64,000 nt of DNA. Source: Paraspadella gotoi. Its lineage: Eukaryota > Animalia > Chaetognatha. Both the position numbers and the translations under genes were made by a program. The stretch spans positions 16,031,384-16,095,383 of the forward strand of contig CM119266.1 of assembly GCA_051294375.1 (NCBI GenBank). The letters are read 5' to 3'. This document shows positions 1-14,046 of the stretch, piece after piece (position 1 is the stretch's first letter; every line of letters begins with the position of its first letter). The notes beneath the pieces are model-generated. The model was not told where the DNA came from and made no database searches. It saw nothing but the letters and a program-made list of their open reading frames with translations.

Positions 1-415
1 AACATGAAGGAGAAACAGGAGAAGGATTTTACGAAAAATAGAGGAAAAAAAAGAACATAAAAAGTATTAAAAAAAAAGAATAAAAATATCTATACAAAGT
101 TTAAAATTTTCACATATCTACAGTCTCTTCACATTGACGAAAGAATGGACAAGCTTTTGTCTCACAACCCTGGTGGTAGAGCCTCTTCTTCTTTGTCGAT
201 ATCCCTTCATCATTCTCTCAATAGAACCACCAACCCAGGACATACCCCACCATCATTCCAAAGCCCTCGCCCACCCGCCAACCACCTCGTCGAACCCTCC
301 GGGTCCCAAAATACGATAAGAAGCTCGATTAGTTCCGCGGGACCCGAAATTTTGGGAAAACTTTTTTNNNNNNNNNNTTGTTTTTATTTTCCTTTTTTTT
401 CCTTTTTTCTGAAAG

Positions 416-554
416 GGATTAATGATGGAGTAAAAGTCTTAAAGGAAAACAAGGCCGTAACCACAAAAACATATTTATTTCCCCATATTGTTGTGAATGA
501 CGCTGTAATAATTCACGAAATATTTTCGGGAATTTCGGCCAAAACCGAACAGAG
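416..554 (+). CDS. Candidate internal exon of an unidentified gene
   Basis: Polypyrimidine tract plus AG, open frame INDGVKVLKENKAVTTKTYLFPHIVVNDAVIIHEIFSGISAKTEQ, donor AG|GTAAAG. Confidence 0.25.
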
Positions 555-738
555 GTAAAGAGAATGAATGAATGAAACGAGGAGAGAGTAATAGATATGA
601 ATACTTTGCTCCGGAATTGCTTCAGAACATTGATAAAAATCCTAAAACCAATAATTGTAATCTTTTGATAACATTTTTTAGTTATTCTTTCATTTGATGC
701 TCCGTGCTCACTGCTCCACCGCCCGCACAAACCCCCCC

Positions 739-1292
739 CTATTCCGCTTCATCAGGTAGTTCATTTCTTCGCCAAATTTTCTCCACTTTTTCCCAAAACT
801 CGAAAAACTTGGCAGCCTTCGTCTTCGAAAACCTTTTTTTTTTTATCGGCGAAAGGAGGGGAAATTTCCGATGTTTTCTTTTCGATGATGAAGCACCTGC
901 CAAAAAAGACGCCCCCTGGGACACACCATCGACCCCTCGCCCCAACGGGGCACCACAACCCCTGTCTCCTCGCCCCACGGGCGGCACCTCACTCCTTCGC
1001 CCTCTCGCGACACCCCAGCACCACACCACGGATCCCTTCTGCGCTGCAGGTTGCACAACATCCTCACAACGAATTCCTGCTTCAATTTCCTGGTCCCATT
1101 TATTTAGCAAATTTTTTTTACCCTAACTCAATGAAACTGAAAGTCTGGGTGAATACCTATGTTAACTCTGTACAACATGTTTGTACAGAGTTAACTACAT
1201 ACCATAGGAAATCTTTTCCAATCTTTATTAAAATGATCGTAATTGAAATCGATCTTTTTAAAAATCTCACCAATAAGAACAAAAGGACTCAT
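739..1292 (-). CDS. Possible small two-exon orphan CDS (1292-1203, 1122-739; 157 aa), or 3' exons of a longer gene
   Basis: MSPFVLIGEIFKKIDFNYDHFNKDWKRFPM splices in frame through an 80-nt GTATGT...TTAG intron to the 739-1110 ORF, which contains basic NLS-like stretches (KRKHRK, PIKKKRF). No family recognised. Confidence 0.3.
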
Positions 1293-1793
1293 ACTTCGTC
1301 AATTTCAAAGAAGTAACGAACTGTGTTCACGTGTTTGGTCCCTTCAGTAAAACATGAAGAGGTTTTTCAGTTTAAAGTTAAAATCCTTCAAAAGAATCAA
1401 CCGTTTTTAGAAACAAGACCAACAACTGAGGAGTGAGGACTCTCGGATGGCCTTTTTCAACGAACAAAGTTGTACTACGTCTTTGTAAGATGTTAATGTT
1501 TTTGGTACGGCTTCGTCAAAATTCAGGGTAAACAATCTCCGAAATAAAATATGTTTTCATTTCGATTCGTTTTCTTCGTTCAATCACTTGACCACCCGAT
1601 CCCTTTCTCTCCCCCAATCTACGGAACTCCTGCGAAGAACGAAAATCAAGAATTGAAAAAAAAACTCTGCTTTTGTTTATCCTAATGAAAGGAAATTTCG
1701 AGGGGTGGAGAGGAACGGGAGAGGAACGGGAGAGACTGGGGTGACTTGGTGGTCATTACGAAAGAGAATTGTACTCTGTCATCAAGATAATTG

Positions 1794-1828
<35 letters not shown>

Positions 1829-3396
1829 TCCAATACACTCCAGTCTCCCTAGTATATTTTCCAACTGAAAAAACTAAGAAGCTTGAAAACGGCAAAAAGT
1901 TAAAAACCTTTTTCTTTTTCTTTGGGCTGCAAACCGCGTCCTAAGGTGAAGAAGGAAATGAAAGCGGAAGGAAAGTTTTTTGTAGCGAAAACAAAATAAC
2001 ATTTAAATTTTCGATTGAAACATCATTTTCCTAAATTTATCGGGAGAGATGAACCGAGGTTCGACTGGAGTTGTTCCCTTTGATAGTCTGAGTGAAACAA
2101 GATTTTTTTTTTTCAATTTTAATCATTACGAAGCGTGGAGGAAGTTATTTTATGGAGCTTACTGTTAAGCAGGAATTATACCCCTTCTGTACTGACAAGA
2201 ATTTTAGCTAATGCCCACTTATTTAGTTATTTAATTTTTTTTCGCTTTGTAAAAAGAGTTAGGTAAGCTTAACAGACACTGTAAGTAATTTTTTTAAGGA
2301 ATGCAGTGTCATACGTAGTAAAATAAAAGTTTATTTAATTACATCCATCAAACTTTCACCAAATTCTATACCGAGAGAAAGAAATAAAAGAAAAAATAAA
2401 CAAACAGAGTGAAACAAAGAAAAAAGAAAAAAATAGAAGAAAGAACGAAAAAGTTGAGCTAAAAGATTTCCCAGTCAATTTAGCATCTTTGGTGTTTTCC
2501 TAACCTTTTGTTATTTTTGGTTTCGGCCCGAAAACCAGGGGAGGAAAAGCTCGGCGGGGGGCGATGGGGGCGGGGGAGAGATAGGGGGGACTGGGGGGCG
2601 GGAAGAGTGAAGGGGGGACGAGGGCGGGAAAGAGGAAGGGGATGGGTAAAAGAAAGGCGGGGAAGAAAAGGGAAAAGAAAGGATTGGGAAGGGGAAAAGA
2701 AAAAGAGGGTAAAAGTGAAGTCACTCGCAAAATTCTATATTTGGAAAGAAAATTAACTGATTGACTGCCACCTTGACTCGAAGCCTGGTGTGGAAATTCT
2801 GTTTGGACCAATTAGGATTCCATTAACCCGAGTTAATTTAATTTTCGTTATTCACTTCTCAGATTTTCTTCCCGAAATCTGTTGTTTTTCATTCGATTTT
2901 AGATGAGGTTAAGAACGGTTCACGTTGAGAAAAAAAAACACCACTCGACGGTTAAAAAAAAAAGTTTACTTTCTAAATTTAAAGGCCACATTGACGAATT
3001 CCGAGCTCGCTCACATTCCTCGAATATGTATTCCATAGTTAACGTTATTTCAGACAATTCAAACGCGAAACTTGGAGCAAGAGTCGAATGTTTCGCGATC
3101 CTAATCGTATTTTCATCTCCAACTGGGGAAATTTCGTTCATGAAGCCTAAGTTAATTAAAAGCATGAAAGTCAACATTTACTAAAGAAGAAAAAAAAGAA
3201 AGTTTTTTTTAATGATTTCAATAAAAAGCTTTTTTTTTTTTTTGTGAAAGGAAGAATTTCTTACCGCGCCCTGCTTTATCAACATCCCGGTATAATTTAA
3301 TAGAATTTCGTGAGTTTGGGTCAAATCCGAATTTTTATTTGAGAGTCAAAGATGGTAACTAGGAATCCCTCTATAATTATGTTTTATAGAAATGAA

Positions 3397-3514
<118 letters not shown>

Positions 3515-3830
3515 GCGCAGGATAAATAGAACCCAGCGCCAATAAAACAACCTACCTTCGCCCGTCCCCCCGGTGCTGTCAAAATTTTTTGAAAGGAGGG
3601 AAAATTTGGAAGACAAACGAGGCTGCGGCGCTGTTGCCTTCCCGGTCTTACCTTGACATTAAAAACAAAAGACATCAAAACCGAGAAGACATCAAATAAA
3701 AAATAGACAAAAGACGCGTAAAAACAAAAGACGTCGAAATTCAAGGGGAAAAAAAAAGTTCCGTATGAATACGATGTCGCGCGTCGCTCGGTTTATTTTT
3801 AAAAACACGGGGCGCTTGAACAGGGCGGGA

Positions 3831-3918
<88 letters not shown>

Positions 3919-5759
3919 AATTACGTCCCGTAAAATACGTAAACACGGAAGAGGCGAAAATTAAAACGACGAAACGCGGCCGCCGAATCAGTCATCCTCG
4001 AAAAAACTGAGGAGGTAAACATTAAACAAACACAAAACAAAACAAAACATACACAAATCTCTCTTTCCCGCGCCGAGAGAGAGAGAAAAAAAATGGCGTG
4101 GTCTCGGAGTTGAAAGAAGTAAAGAACGAGTTGCGATTAAATTCCGATGGAGACAAAAACAAAAGATCAACGAAAAATATTAAACCAAGGCGGTGACAGA
4201 ATGTCTCGGTTGGCAGATTTGGTAGAGTTTCGCTTTTGTTTATAATCTCGTTTTTATCAATTTCACCAACGTCAGAATCTATTCGCCTTTACGAACATTA
4301 TCAGCACTACCGATGTCTAATAATTAAGGTTTTACAAACATTAGTAATTTAGTATACCATCATTTTTTTTTACATCACTGGTTCCTACATTTTTCCGTAT
4401 CACGTTTTATTTTACTTTTATCATCATCATCTCTCGAGCCCTCATCGTCGATATCATCATCACCGTCATATGGCGTCATAATCACCAACATCATCACTTC
4501 GTCATCGTCTTTAATTTTTCGCGAGATTCTCCCTTTTTTTCACGAGTCTTTCGAGAAAGTGGATGACGAGGAAAAATATGCAAATGAGTTTCGGGCAGGA
4601 GAGAGAAAATACCTGGAAAGAAAAAGGAAGAAAAAAGCGGAAGAAAAAAAGCGCCGACGAGCGGCAGCACCTTTGCTTATCTTCGGAAGACAAAAGAACA
4701 AAATGGGAGATAATTTTAGTTTTTTTTTTCTTTTGAAAATCTTCTTCTTTTCTTTCTTTTTTCGTTACCCGCTTTTTTTTTTCCTTTCTTTCCTACCTTC
4801 TCTCTCATTTTTTTTCCTGTTTTTTTCACCGTTTTCTTTTTACTTTTTTGATTTTCTTTCCAACTCCATAGTTTCTTTCTTGTTTTCTCCTTATTCCTAT
4901 TTCGAGGTCCGGATTTCAGTTTTTCTCCGGAATGCAGTTCAACAATTCCGCGGAAAAAAAAAAGATTAAGGGGGAATTTCAGGTTTTTGACAAGAGACTT
5001 TCCGTTTTATTTCTTGGCTCTTTCTTTTCTCTGCCAGGATCTTAAGTGAGTTCGATTAAAAAGAATGAAAGAAAAAAAATGAAAGAAAGAAAAAAGAAGG
5101 GGGAAATTTTTCCGAAGGTAATTACCGCTAATGAGAAAGGAAGGCGGAGAGAAGGAAAAAAAAGGAGGAGAGTGAAAATTAAGAGAGAAATTGAAATTTA
5201 ACCCGGCTGAAAAATGGAAGGGAGAGCACAGTGGTTGAATTCTTAACTTGTTTAAATTCTTTATAACGAGTAATGACTTTTTAAAAAAAAATATAAATGG
5301 AAAAGTCAGGCGTCATTTTAAAAATAATATTTACGTTTTTGTACGTATTATACTGTGACCATGGAACATTGTCCCACTGCACAGTTTTTAGGTTTTCTGT
5401 CAAAAAAAGGAAACTCTTTAAATCTATTTTTTTCTCATGAGTAGATCGTCCTTTTCGAGATCCACTGTGCCTTCTTTCTCTCTTCCCCCACCTTAGGATC
5501 ATCGCCGAGGAAGAGACAGAAAGAAAAATGTCAAGGTGATAAAAGCCGTCATTAAGGAATGTTCCGCCATCTTGTCGTTGAGGACGACGAAAACGACGAC
5601 GAAGACGACGACGACCGAAACGATGAAGTTTAATCTAGCGAAGCTCAAGCTTTGACCATATGTGCCGCCTTTTCCGCTTCGTTTCCCTTCTTTTTCTCTT
5701 CATTCTTCATTTCAAACGTGAAAAAAACTTGAAGAGGCAAAAATTCTGTTTAAAATATA

Positions 5760-5765
<6 letters not shown>

Positions 5766-5851
<86 letters not shown>
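5766..5851. repeat. (TAA)n microsatellite
   Basis: Pure TAA run; degraded versions at ~19050-19140 and ~27700-27788. Confidence 0.97.
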
Positions 5852-7933
5852 TCCTGCAACGCTAACCGGAACTCGTTTTCCGTTTCGGAAAAAAAAAAAC
5901 CTCAAAAAATAGAGAAAAATAAATCTCGACATTCCAGACATTTTATTTCTTTATTAAATAAATTAGCGGGCACCTTATGAAGCCTTAACCGGTTAGAACG
6001 TTTCCTAACTTTTTTCTTTCTTTCTCCTTCTCGAGAGTTTTCAGTAATTGAGTCTGTGTTTTTCTTGAACGGTGACTCCTTTCACCAATCAATCAATTTT
6101 CCGTCCAAAGGCTATTAGTCGATGTTATTAGAGAAATGATTGGCGATGCGATCGTCAACCTGATTGGAAATACGTGATTAGATTAAATTATGGAACAAAG
6201 TAACAGCGAAAGATTTATTAGAAGAGTGGTGGATATCAATTAGACTGGGAAAGGAAGTTTCGATGTGATTTTAGTGAAAGATTTGTCCAAGTGATTTAAA
6301 ACGATAACTTTTGAAAAGCTATTTACGTATTTATGCTTCACCGAAAAGCAGAACTTATTATCGAATTTAGTTACGAATTCCGAAAAAGTTTTCTTCTTGA
6401 CGGATTTTCTTTGCCTGTCCCACCGAAATTATCTAGAAAACAAAAAAGGGAAGGAAAAAAATAGGGGNNNNNNNNNNAACCAAAAAAAAACTTTCTTAAC
6501 CTTTTTAGTGACGGAAAATTAGCAGATGTTGACTTACGAAATTATTCAAGGGGAAAAAAATCACGTTTTTCTTCGTCTTGAAATTTTTCAGGTTCTTAGG
6601 ACTTTTGAAAAAAAATGGCTGCGAAAGAATCACTACTATGTAGTTGTGATGAGAGAATTTTAAGTGGATCTTTGTTAGAGTTTTGAAAGTTTAAAGGGTT
6701 TTATAAATTGAACTACTTTAAAGAGAAAACATGATTATTAAGTTATGTTCCTTAGGCAAGAATTATAACAACCGGAAAAAGTTTTATATTTTCCGAAGTC
6801 GGAGAAATCAAAGCGTAAAAAGTTCACTGGGGTGAATAGTGAGTCATACTTTTATCTCTCCCACCTAGCTCCTACCAGCCTTCCCCCCCCTAAAAAAAAT
6901 ACCCGCTTTTAACGTCATTTTTATTTTCGAAAAAAAAATGTTATCGAGTTATTTTTCTATATTTTTCTACACTTACGACAGAAACCCACACACGGCGATT
7001 GAGTTTTTAGGTGGACTGCGAACGACCTGAGAGAGAATATTGTGAATAGAGATTCTGCGGAGCGTCTACGGTAACAGACAATAATAAATAAGTTTGTTAC
7101 GTCGTCGCTCCCTTCAGGACGCGTTCGTCGTCGTCGCCTCGCCGGCGGCGAAAAAGAAAGATTTTCTCAGACTCGGGCACCGATTTTGTGTCACCGGAAA
7201 TAAGTTCTTTGAAGATGGAGAATGAAATGTTGTTTTAAAGTTTGTAATCTAATAAGAGGCTCGGATCTAGAGCTTTCATATTCGATTATGACTTCATTAA
7301 GAAAAATTTTAATATTGATGTTTTGACTGTCGTGTGTTTCAAAAAATAAAGACGCTCGTGCAATACTAAGTTCTTCGTTACATAATATGACCATTTATTT
7401 CACTTTTTGGAGCCTACCTTCAATCCTTTTTTCATCCGAAAATTGAAAACTGTGATCGAAAAAAAAAATTCTTTTGAAAGGCCGGGCCGGGGTAAATTGA
7501 GATTTTTTTGATAAGATAAGAAAACTGAGGGAAAATTTTTTTTTTTTTTTCGGTTACTTTCGGTTAAGTTTTTCTATATGTTCATAGCGCGGTCTACGGA
7601 CGACAGTTCATAACTTTACCAGTAATAGTTAAGAAATTTACTAGTCGGCGCCGAAGTTTGGGAAGGTTGTGAGAGGCCATTAGCCACCAAAAAACCAAAT
7701 CGGCCATAATCTTCTTCTTTTTTCGTTCTCGTCGTCGTCGTCGTCGTCATTGTCGCGTCGTCACCGACTCCATTTCGAACCCATTTTCCCTCACTTTGTT
7801 CCATCCGCTTTTCGCCTTCTTCCAAGTTTACTTTGAACCGGCCGCGGGCAGACGAGGTTGCGGCGGCAGCGGCGGCAGCGGCGGCAGCGGCGGCAGCGGC
7901 AGCGTCAACAGCGCCAGCGACGGCGATTGCTAC

Positions 7934-8159
7934 TCAACCCACTTGACCCGCTTCCACCCCATCCACTCCGCCACACGCGTTCTCCCTTTTTAACCCGTCT
8001 ACGTGATTCTCCACTTCCGGGTTCCTTCCACTACGAAGGTCGACTGCGTCCTCGTGGTTCGTTGTGGGCGTGGGCCGAGTCGTGGGCTTAGGCGTGGGCA
8101 TGGGCGTGGGAGTTAGCTGAGACATGTTTGTGGACGTGGGCGTATCATCCCAATCGTTT
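7934..8159 (-). CDS. Candidate terminal exon, Pro/Thr-rich, unidentified
   Basis: CTCCAG acceptor, then open frame NDWDDTPTSTNMSQLTPTPMPTPKPTTRPTPTT...GQVG*; GC-rich like the true exons in this window. Confidence 0.22.
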
Positions 8160-9193
8160 CTGGAGCCAATTCAAGTTTACGAGTATTGTTGAGTGATGAA
8201 GCACAATAAAACCATAATTAACTCCTGCGATCAAAAACACCAACTCTTGCACCACATCTCACTTTACTAAAATGTATACAATCACTTTTTACTAATGCGC
8301 CCATCCTCACCTCACAGAATAACAAACTCTCACCACCTTCAAGCGCCAGCATCACATCACCGGCGCGCCCCCTCCTCGCCACTTTCTATCTCCCTCTCCT
8401 CTCGTCTCCTCTCACGAATCGAAGACGTTCACGTTCACTCGTTGTAGCCGCTCGTCACCGCCTCTCATCAACTGAGCAAATATACGAGCAAAAATCTTGC
8501 CCCACCGCAACGACGACGACGAGAACGACGACCAAGTTGAATACGATGACAATAATTAATTAGCAAGGATGGCTTGTGTGAAAATGTTTAACTATCATTA
8601 GTTTTAATTTCAATTAATGTCGAAAGGGTAGTTGGCAAAAGTGACCACGATGAACTTGATAAAAATAGAAAAAACATTCGATTATAATATAAACATTAAC
8701 AGGAAATAAGAGCATAAATTATATAATAAAAATAAGCACTAATGGACCAAAACTTTTAAAGCCGAAAACGATGACTTTGTCAGTCTTCGAAGATGACAAT
8801 GGTGACGACGACGAGGACGACGACGACAGAACTTTTTAACCTTCGTGAAAGTTGTTTAACTTGTCTCTCCCTCTCTTCTCTGGGTTAAAAGATGAGAACG
8901 TGAGGATTTCTCGTGAGTTTCACTCGCTTGTCCGCCCTTCCCGTTCTTCCTGCCCGAGCTTTTCTATTTCGTCCTTTGAAAAAAAAATGATTTCAGTCAA
9001 AACTTTGATGGACAACGTGAGGTAGCTGTTTACCTGGAAATTTATCGTTAATTTTAAAAGCCTAATATTGAGGATTAACTTTTGGTAATTAAATAATTTT
9101 AAGCAATCGAAGCTTTTGAGTTTTATAAACTAAAAAAACTAAATTCCTAAAATTTTATCCAAAGGCTATTTCCCTTGTTCTCCCGCTCTCAGT

Positions 9194-9283
<90 letters not shown>

Positions 9284-11213
9284 TTCGCTCACGAATCAGG
9301 TGGCGAAGTAAAAGTTTAAAAGAATAAGTGGATAAAAGAAAGAGATTGAGAAAGAGAAAAAGTGGAGAAAGAGAAAGTAAATTGAAATCTTCTTGGGTGG
9401 CGGCCGCCGCTTCAATCAACGCGAACCAGGTTTTTGATGAAAAAATAATGGGGAAGGAGATGCGTGGGGAAAGAGGGTGGGGGAAGCAGAGAGAGACAGA
9501 GCAGAGAGAGACGAGAAGATCAAGAGAGACCGAGAGAGAGACGAGACGTAGCAGCAGGAGAGAAGCGAGAGAGAGAGGAGTAAGAGAGAGAGAGAGAAAG
9601 AAAGCCTAACAGCAATGCTACTAATAAAGCCGTTAGAGCCTATCATTAAGTAGCATTCTGGCAATGAAAACAAATAAGGAAACAAAAGAAGAAAACAACA
9701 AAATAAAGCGAATGTAAAGAACGACGGGAACGACGGGAATCGAAAGAGAGACGAATGAAGTTGGCGATCGATTCGAAGGTCGGGCGCCAGTCGTTGTTGT
9801 TGTCGTCGTTGTCGTCGTCCAGGCATTGAACCGTCAGATTCGACCCGGAAAAAAAAAAACCTGGGACCCTCGAATCGTCGACCTCGAACCCCAGGAGTGT
9901 CGACCTCGTTGCTCGAAGCCTCAATGAGTTTCGCTTGGAAAAGTCAGAGTTGACAAATGGTTCCGCCCCCTTTTTTTTCGAGAGGCTCTCTCGATTGTCG
10001 AAGGCTCTCGACGCGACCGAAGGAATGAACAAAGTATCAACGAAAGTAGACAGAGTTGAAGGATTTTCAAAGAGTGGCTATAGTCTTATGCGATAGGGTC
10101 GTTCTTGCTAATGTCAGCTTGTTACATCGTAGTCTTCTTGGCTAATTTAATAATGAATATATATAAAGTTTATATATCTTACGTTGATAAAATAGACGAG
10201 TTTTCAACCTAAGGTGGCAAAAATTAATGAATTAAAAGAAGGGGAAAAAAAGAGTTTTTAAAAACGCATCTTGTCAATATCTCTAGCTTCAACTCTTCAT
10301 TCTTTTCTCCCCAAATTTTGTAAACAAACGACTGAATTTGTTTACGACGGATTATCAATTACTTTCCTTCGCTCTTGACTCGAGAGGGAGCGACGTATTT
10401 CGAACCAACGAAGGAAAAAAAAAAGTAAAAGTGGATATTTTCACTCTGACGTTTGTTTACCTTTTGTTCTTGAAAAAGTTCTTCACGTGAAATCACCCGA
10501 GAGCTCGAGCGACGACGATGATGACGACGATGACGACGATCGGTCGGACGATGGTGATTAGCCGATTTACGTCACCATAGAGACAACGATGAAAGCTTGT
10601 TCGNNNNNNNNNNNNNNNNNNNNNNNNNGGAGGAGATAAATGACCCCGCGTTCCCGTTGGGTCAGTTTTCTCCGCCTCCGCATTCTTACCATTTCCTCTT
10701 TACCTCTAAACTCATTCTTGTCTTTCCCACCTTTTACCATCACCACCCATGCCCCCTACCACTTCACCACCGGTTTTTTTGACTCAAGTGGCGGCAAATG
10801 ACGATTTTTTTTTTCTTTCTGGCTTTTCCTTTTCGGACGATCTGATGAGCTTCGCACAGCTGTGGTCAGGCGAGCTTGCTCTATTCACGTCAATCTTTCC
10901 TCTGAACGATACACGAGCGTCTTCAAAGATTGAGTTTGAAAACGCATTACAACGATTGAACTGAATTTTCTCCCCAACTTTTTTTTTTTTGGGGGGGAAT
11001 TGTAAAGTGTCTGGACGTCGGTTCAATCTGGTCGGTCACAGGTGGTGGTCAGAACTCGACCCGTCATCTTCGTACTCGGGACAAAGAAAATGGATAGAAA
11101 TTGGATTCCAGAATGAGGAGGGAATATTAGGAGGGAAAGAGGGTCAGACTGAAGAGAATGAGAGCGAGTGGGGTAGGGAAGGAAATCATGGGACGAGGGG
11201 GGGGAAATAGGGG

Positions 11214-11292
<79 letters not shown>

Positions 11293-11984
11293 GAGGAAAC
11301 AAAAGAGGAAGAAAGAGAAAAGAAAGAAATTTTAAGAATTTGTAACATACAAATACAAATACCTAAATACTTACCGAAATACTTTAACTTGAATCAGTAC
11401 GGAAATATTTTCTTTTCTTTTTTTTTTGCAACCGCCCCCCCTAGCGGGATCTCCTGTCCGAGCTTTAAAAGCCAGCATCAGAAGAAGGAAGCGAATAAAT
11501 TGGTCAAAACTTCTTACCGAAACTCGATTCCCGATTCCCCAACACCCAAATCTTTTTGACCTCACGAATCACGGACACACGGACAGACGGACCCTTCACC
11601 CCAATCCTTCGAACCCGAGGATAACCACTTCGACAGAGACATATGGAGGAGAAGGAGGAAGATGAGATGAGAACAGAAGAAGGAAAGAAAAAGGAAGGGG
11701 AAAAAATGAGAGCATAAAGAGCATAAATATGTCACTCGGTTCCTAATTTTCTTTAAATTATTTAGGGTATCGTCTGAACATAGAAAAAGTGAAATTTTTG
11801 CAAGAAATAATTTAAAAAACTACTCAAAATTGTACGTATGAATGCATATAACTGTAAGTATGTAGCTTTTAAGTCTTGAAAGAGGAAAAGGGATTGAGGA
11901 AATGAGACAGATGCCATGAATAATGATGTCGAGAAATGAGTCTTCGGCCGTCAAGGAAGATAATTAGATCAAATTCCGGACAAT

Positions 11985-12040
11985 GGGCATTGCGGGAGAT
12001 GCAGTGGGATGAGGGCATTGCGGGAGATGCAGTGGGATGA
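11985..12040. repeat. 28-bp tandem duplication GGGCATTGCGGGAGATGCAGTGGGATGA x2
   Basis: Direct reading; only one unit in the inverted copy at ~17876-17903. Confidence 0.88.
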
Positions 12041-12067
12041 GGGTAGCCAGGTGCCGGACAGAGAGAG

Positions 12068-12153
<86 letters not shown>

Positions 12154-12512
12154 GGAGCGAGCGAGAGTTATGAGATGCGAAATATTTACGACCGCCCATC
12201 ATGACGTTGAATTAGTTAACTTACCTTGGGCCAACGTTGCGTTAGGATTAGAAGTTGCCTTAAATGTTTTTCTTCTCTTTTAAGACTTAATTTTAAATAA
12301 ATTTTAAGTTCTACCCTTCTAAACAGTAAACAAAGATTGTTGGATTTATTCTTAGATGCACCGCCTCAGCTTCCCGACGATGCAACGACGACTGTACCTT
12401 CATAAAAATTCATTTGCATATTGATGACGGCGATTCCTCGGCCACGCCCACCCTGATGAGGCCGAAGCAAATCCTAATTCCACCTGAGCCGCTTCTTTAC
12501 ATTTTTTCGGTA

Positions 12513-12659
12513 CTTTCTTTTTTTTCTTTTTTTTCTTTTTCTTTCTTTTCTTTTCTTTTCTTTTCTTTTCTTTTCTTTCTTTCTTTTCTTTTCTTTTCTT
12601 TTCTTTTCTTTTTCTTTCTTTTCTTTTCTTTTCTTTTTCTTTCTTTTTCTTTTCTTTCT

Positions 12660-12699
<40 letters not shown>

Positions 12700-12712
12700 T
12701 GTCTCTCTCTTT
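12513..12712. repeat. (TTTC)n/(TTTTC)n polypyrimidine low-complexity tract (copies at ~17086-17285, 25445-25632, 34093-34280; independent tract ~57300-57420)
   Basis: Direct reading. Confidence 0.9.
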
Positions 12713-12871
12713 CTATTCTTTGTTCCCCCGCAGCCGCAACTTCGCCTCTCGTCGCCCAGCGAAGATTTTCTTGACCTTTTTAGCCTCCGTCATCAACGGC
12801 TTAAGAAAAGCTTAGGTCAGTTATGACCGAAGAAATTCCATTTTTTTTTTTCTTTCTTTCTTTATGAAGCT

Positions 12872-12875
<4 letters not shown>

Positions 12876-12910
<35 letters not shown>

Positions 12911-13956
12911 AAGCGAAATTAAGACGGAGGAGGGAAAGAAGGGTATAGATGCGGTTGATAAAAAGAAAGATGCGATCAGGAGAGGTGATAGGGCGGATGG
13001 AAAGGTCACGGGCGGGAATATATTCTTTTTTCAACTTTAGCATTCTCAGAAAAGAATTGATTTCTCAGGCTTAATTAAACTTTAGTAAGTCGGTTTACGT
13101 ACACCGAAATAATAATTAGATTATTTTTTTTTCTAATTTGCTACAGAAATCGACCCTAATTCGAACGTTCGATATTACTTTTGGTCTTTGACTTTGGTAC
13201 AATTTTTCACTCAGTCTCCGCTAGAGGCCTCTTCCCCTCGGTTCGTTTTCGCATCTTTAAATACCATCCAGCTTACTTTCATCGATCCCCATCTATCGAT
13301 AGATTTTCTTTAGAACGACGCGGTACCATTAGGCGGGCGGCGATTGGTCGATTGCCAAGAAAGGCGGTGACCAATGGTGGGACACCCAAGAGACTGACCT
13401 TTTAGCTTTTCATATTAACGCTTGAAAAATGGCGAGACGCGGGATGGACGGGAGAGAGTATAAATTATCAACGGCAGAGTGAATCTTTGTTGTAGAAACG
13501 TAACGTGGGTTTGTTATTTTTTTCTATTATATTAACATTTACGTTAAACCCTAGAACGCTACAACTAAGTAAAGTCGTGTAAATGAAACCTATCAACATC
13601 TAACACATTCTCGACTCGCTTCGGAATTAACGGGCGCCTGTGACGGAAATAAAAATTCTTAATGAGAAAAACCCAGAAGGTGGATGCTCCTTTGTTTTTT
13701 TAATTACCTCAGTCTCGCGATATCATTTTACGAGAAGCACCTTGAAGAATGTTTTTCTCCCTCCGATAGAGGGACTCTCATTCCGAGAAGAGACCGTTAA
13801 GTCGTCGGCGACGATTACGACGACGACGTCGCCAAAGTGCGAGACGACGATGGGCGTAAACATTGAAGGGAAACAAAAGAGCATCGAGGATATCGTCTAG
13901 ACGAACGGCGACGCCTGGCGGGAATGAACGGGAAAAACAAAAGGGAAAGGTGTGTG

Positions 13957-14046
<90 letters not shown>

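Noticed and set aside
9700-9830. Minus-strand QCLDDD...WRPTFESIANFIR resembling kinase subdomain XI
   Set aside because: No other kinase motifs or matching splice sites found nearby; probably chance.
12435-12480. CTGATGAGGCCGAAG resembling a hammerhead ribozyme core (also CTGATGAG at ~10842)
   Set aside because: No stem II closing into GAAA, and no stem I/III with an NUH site.
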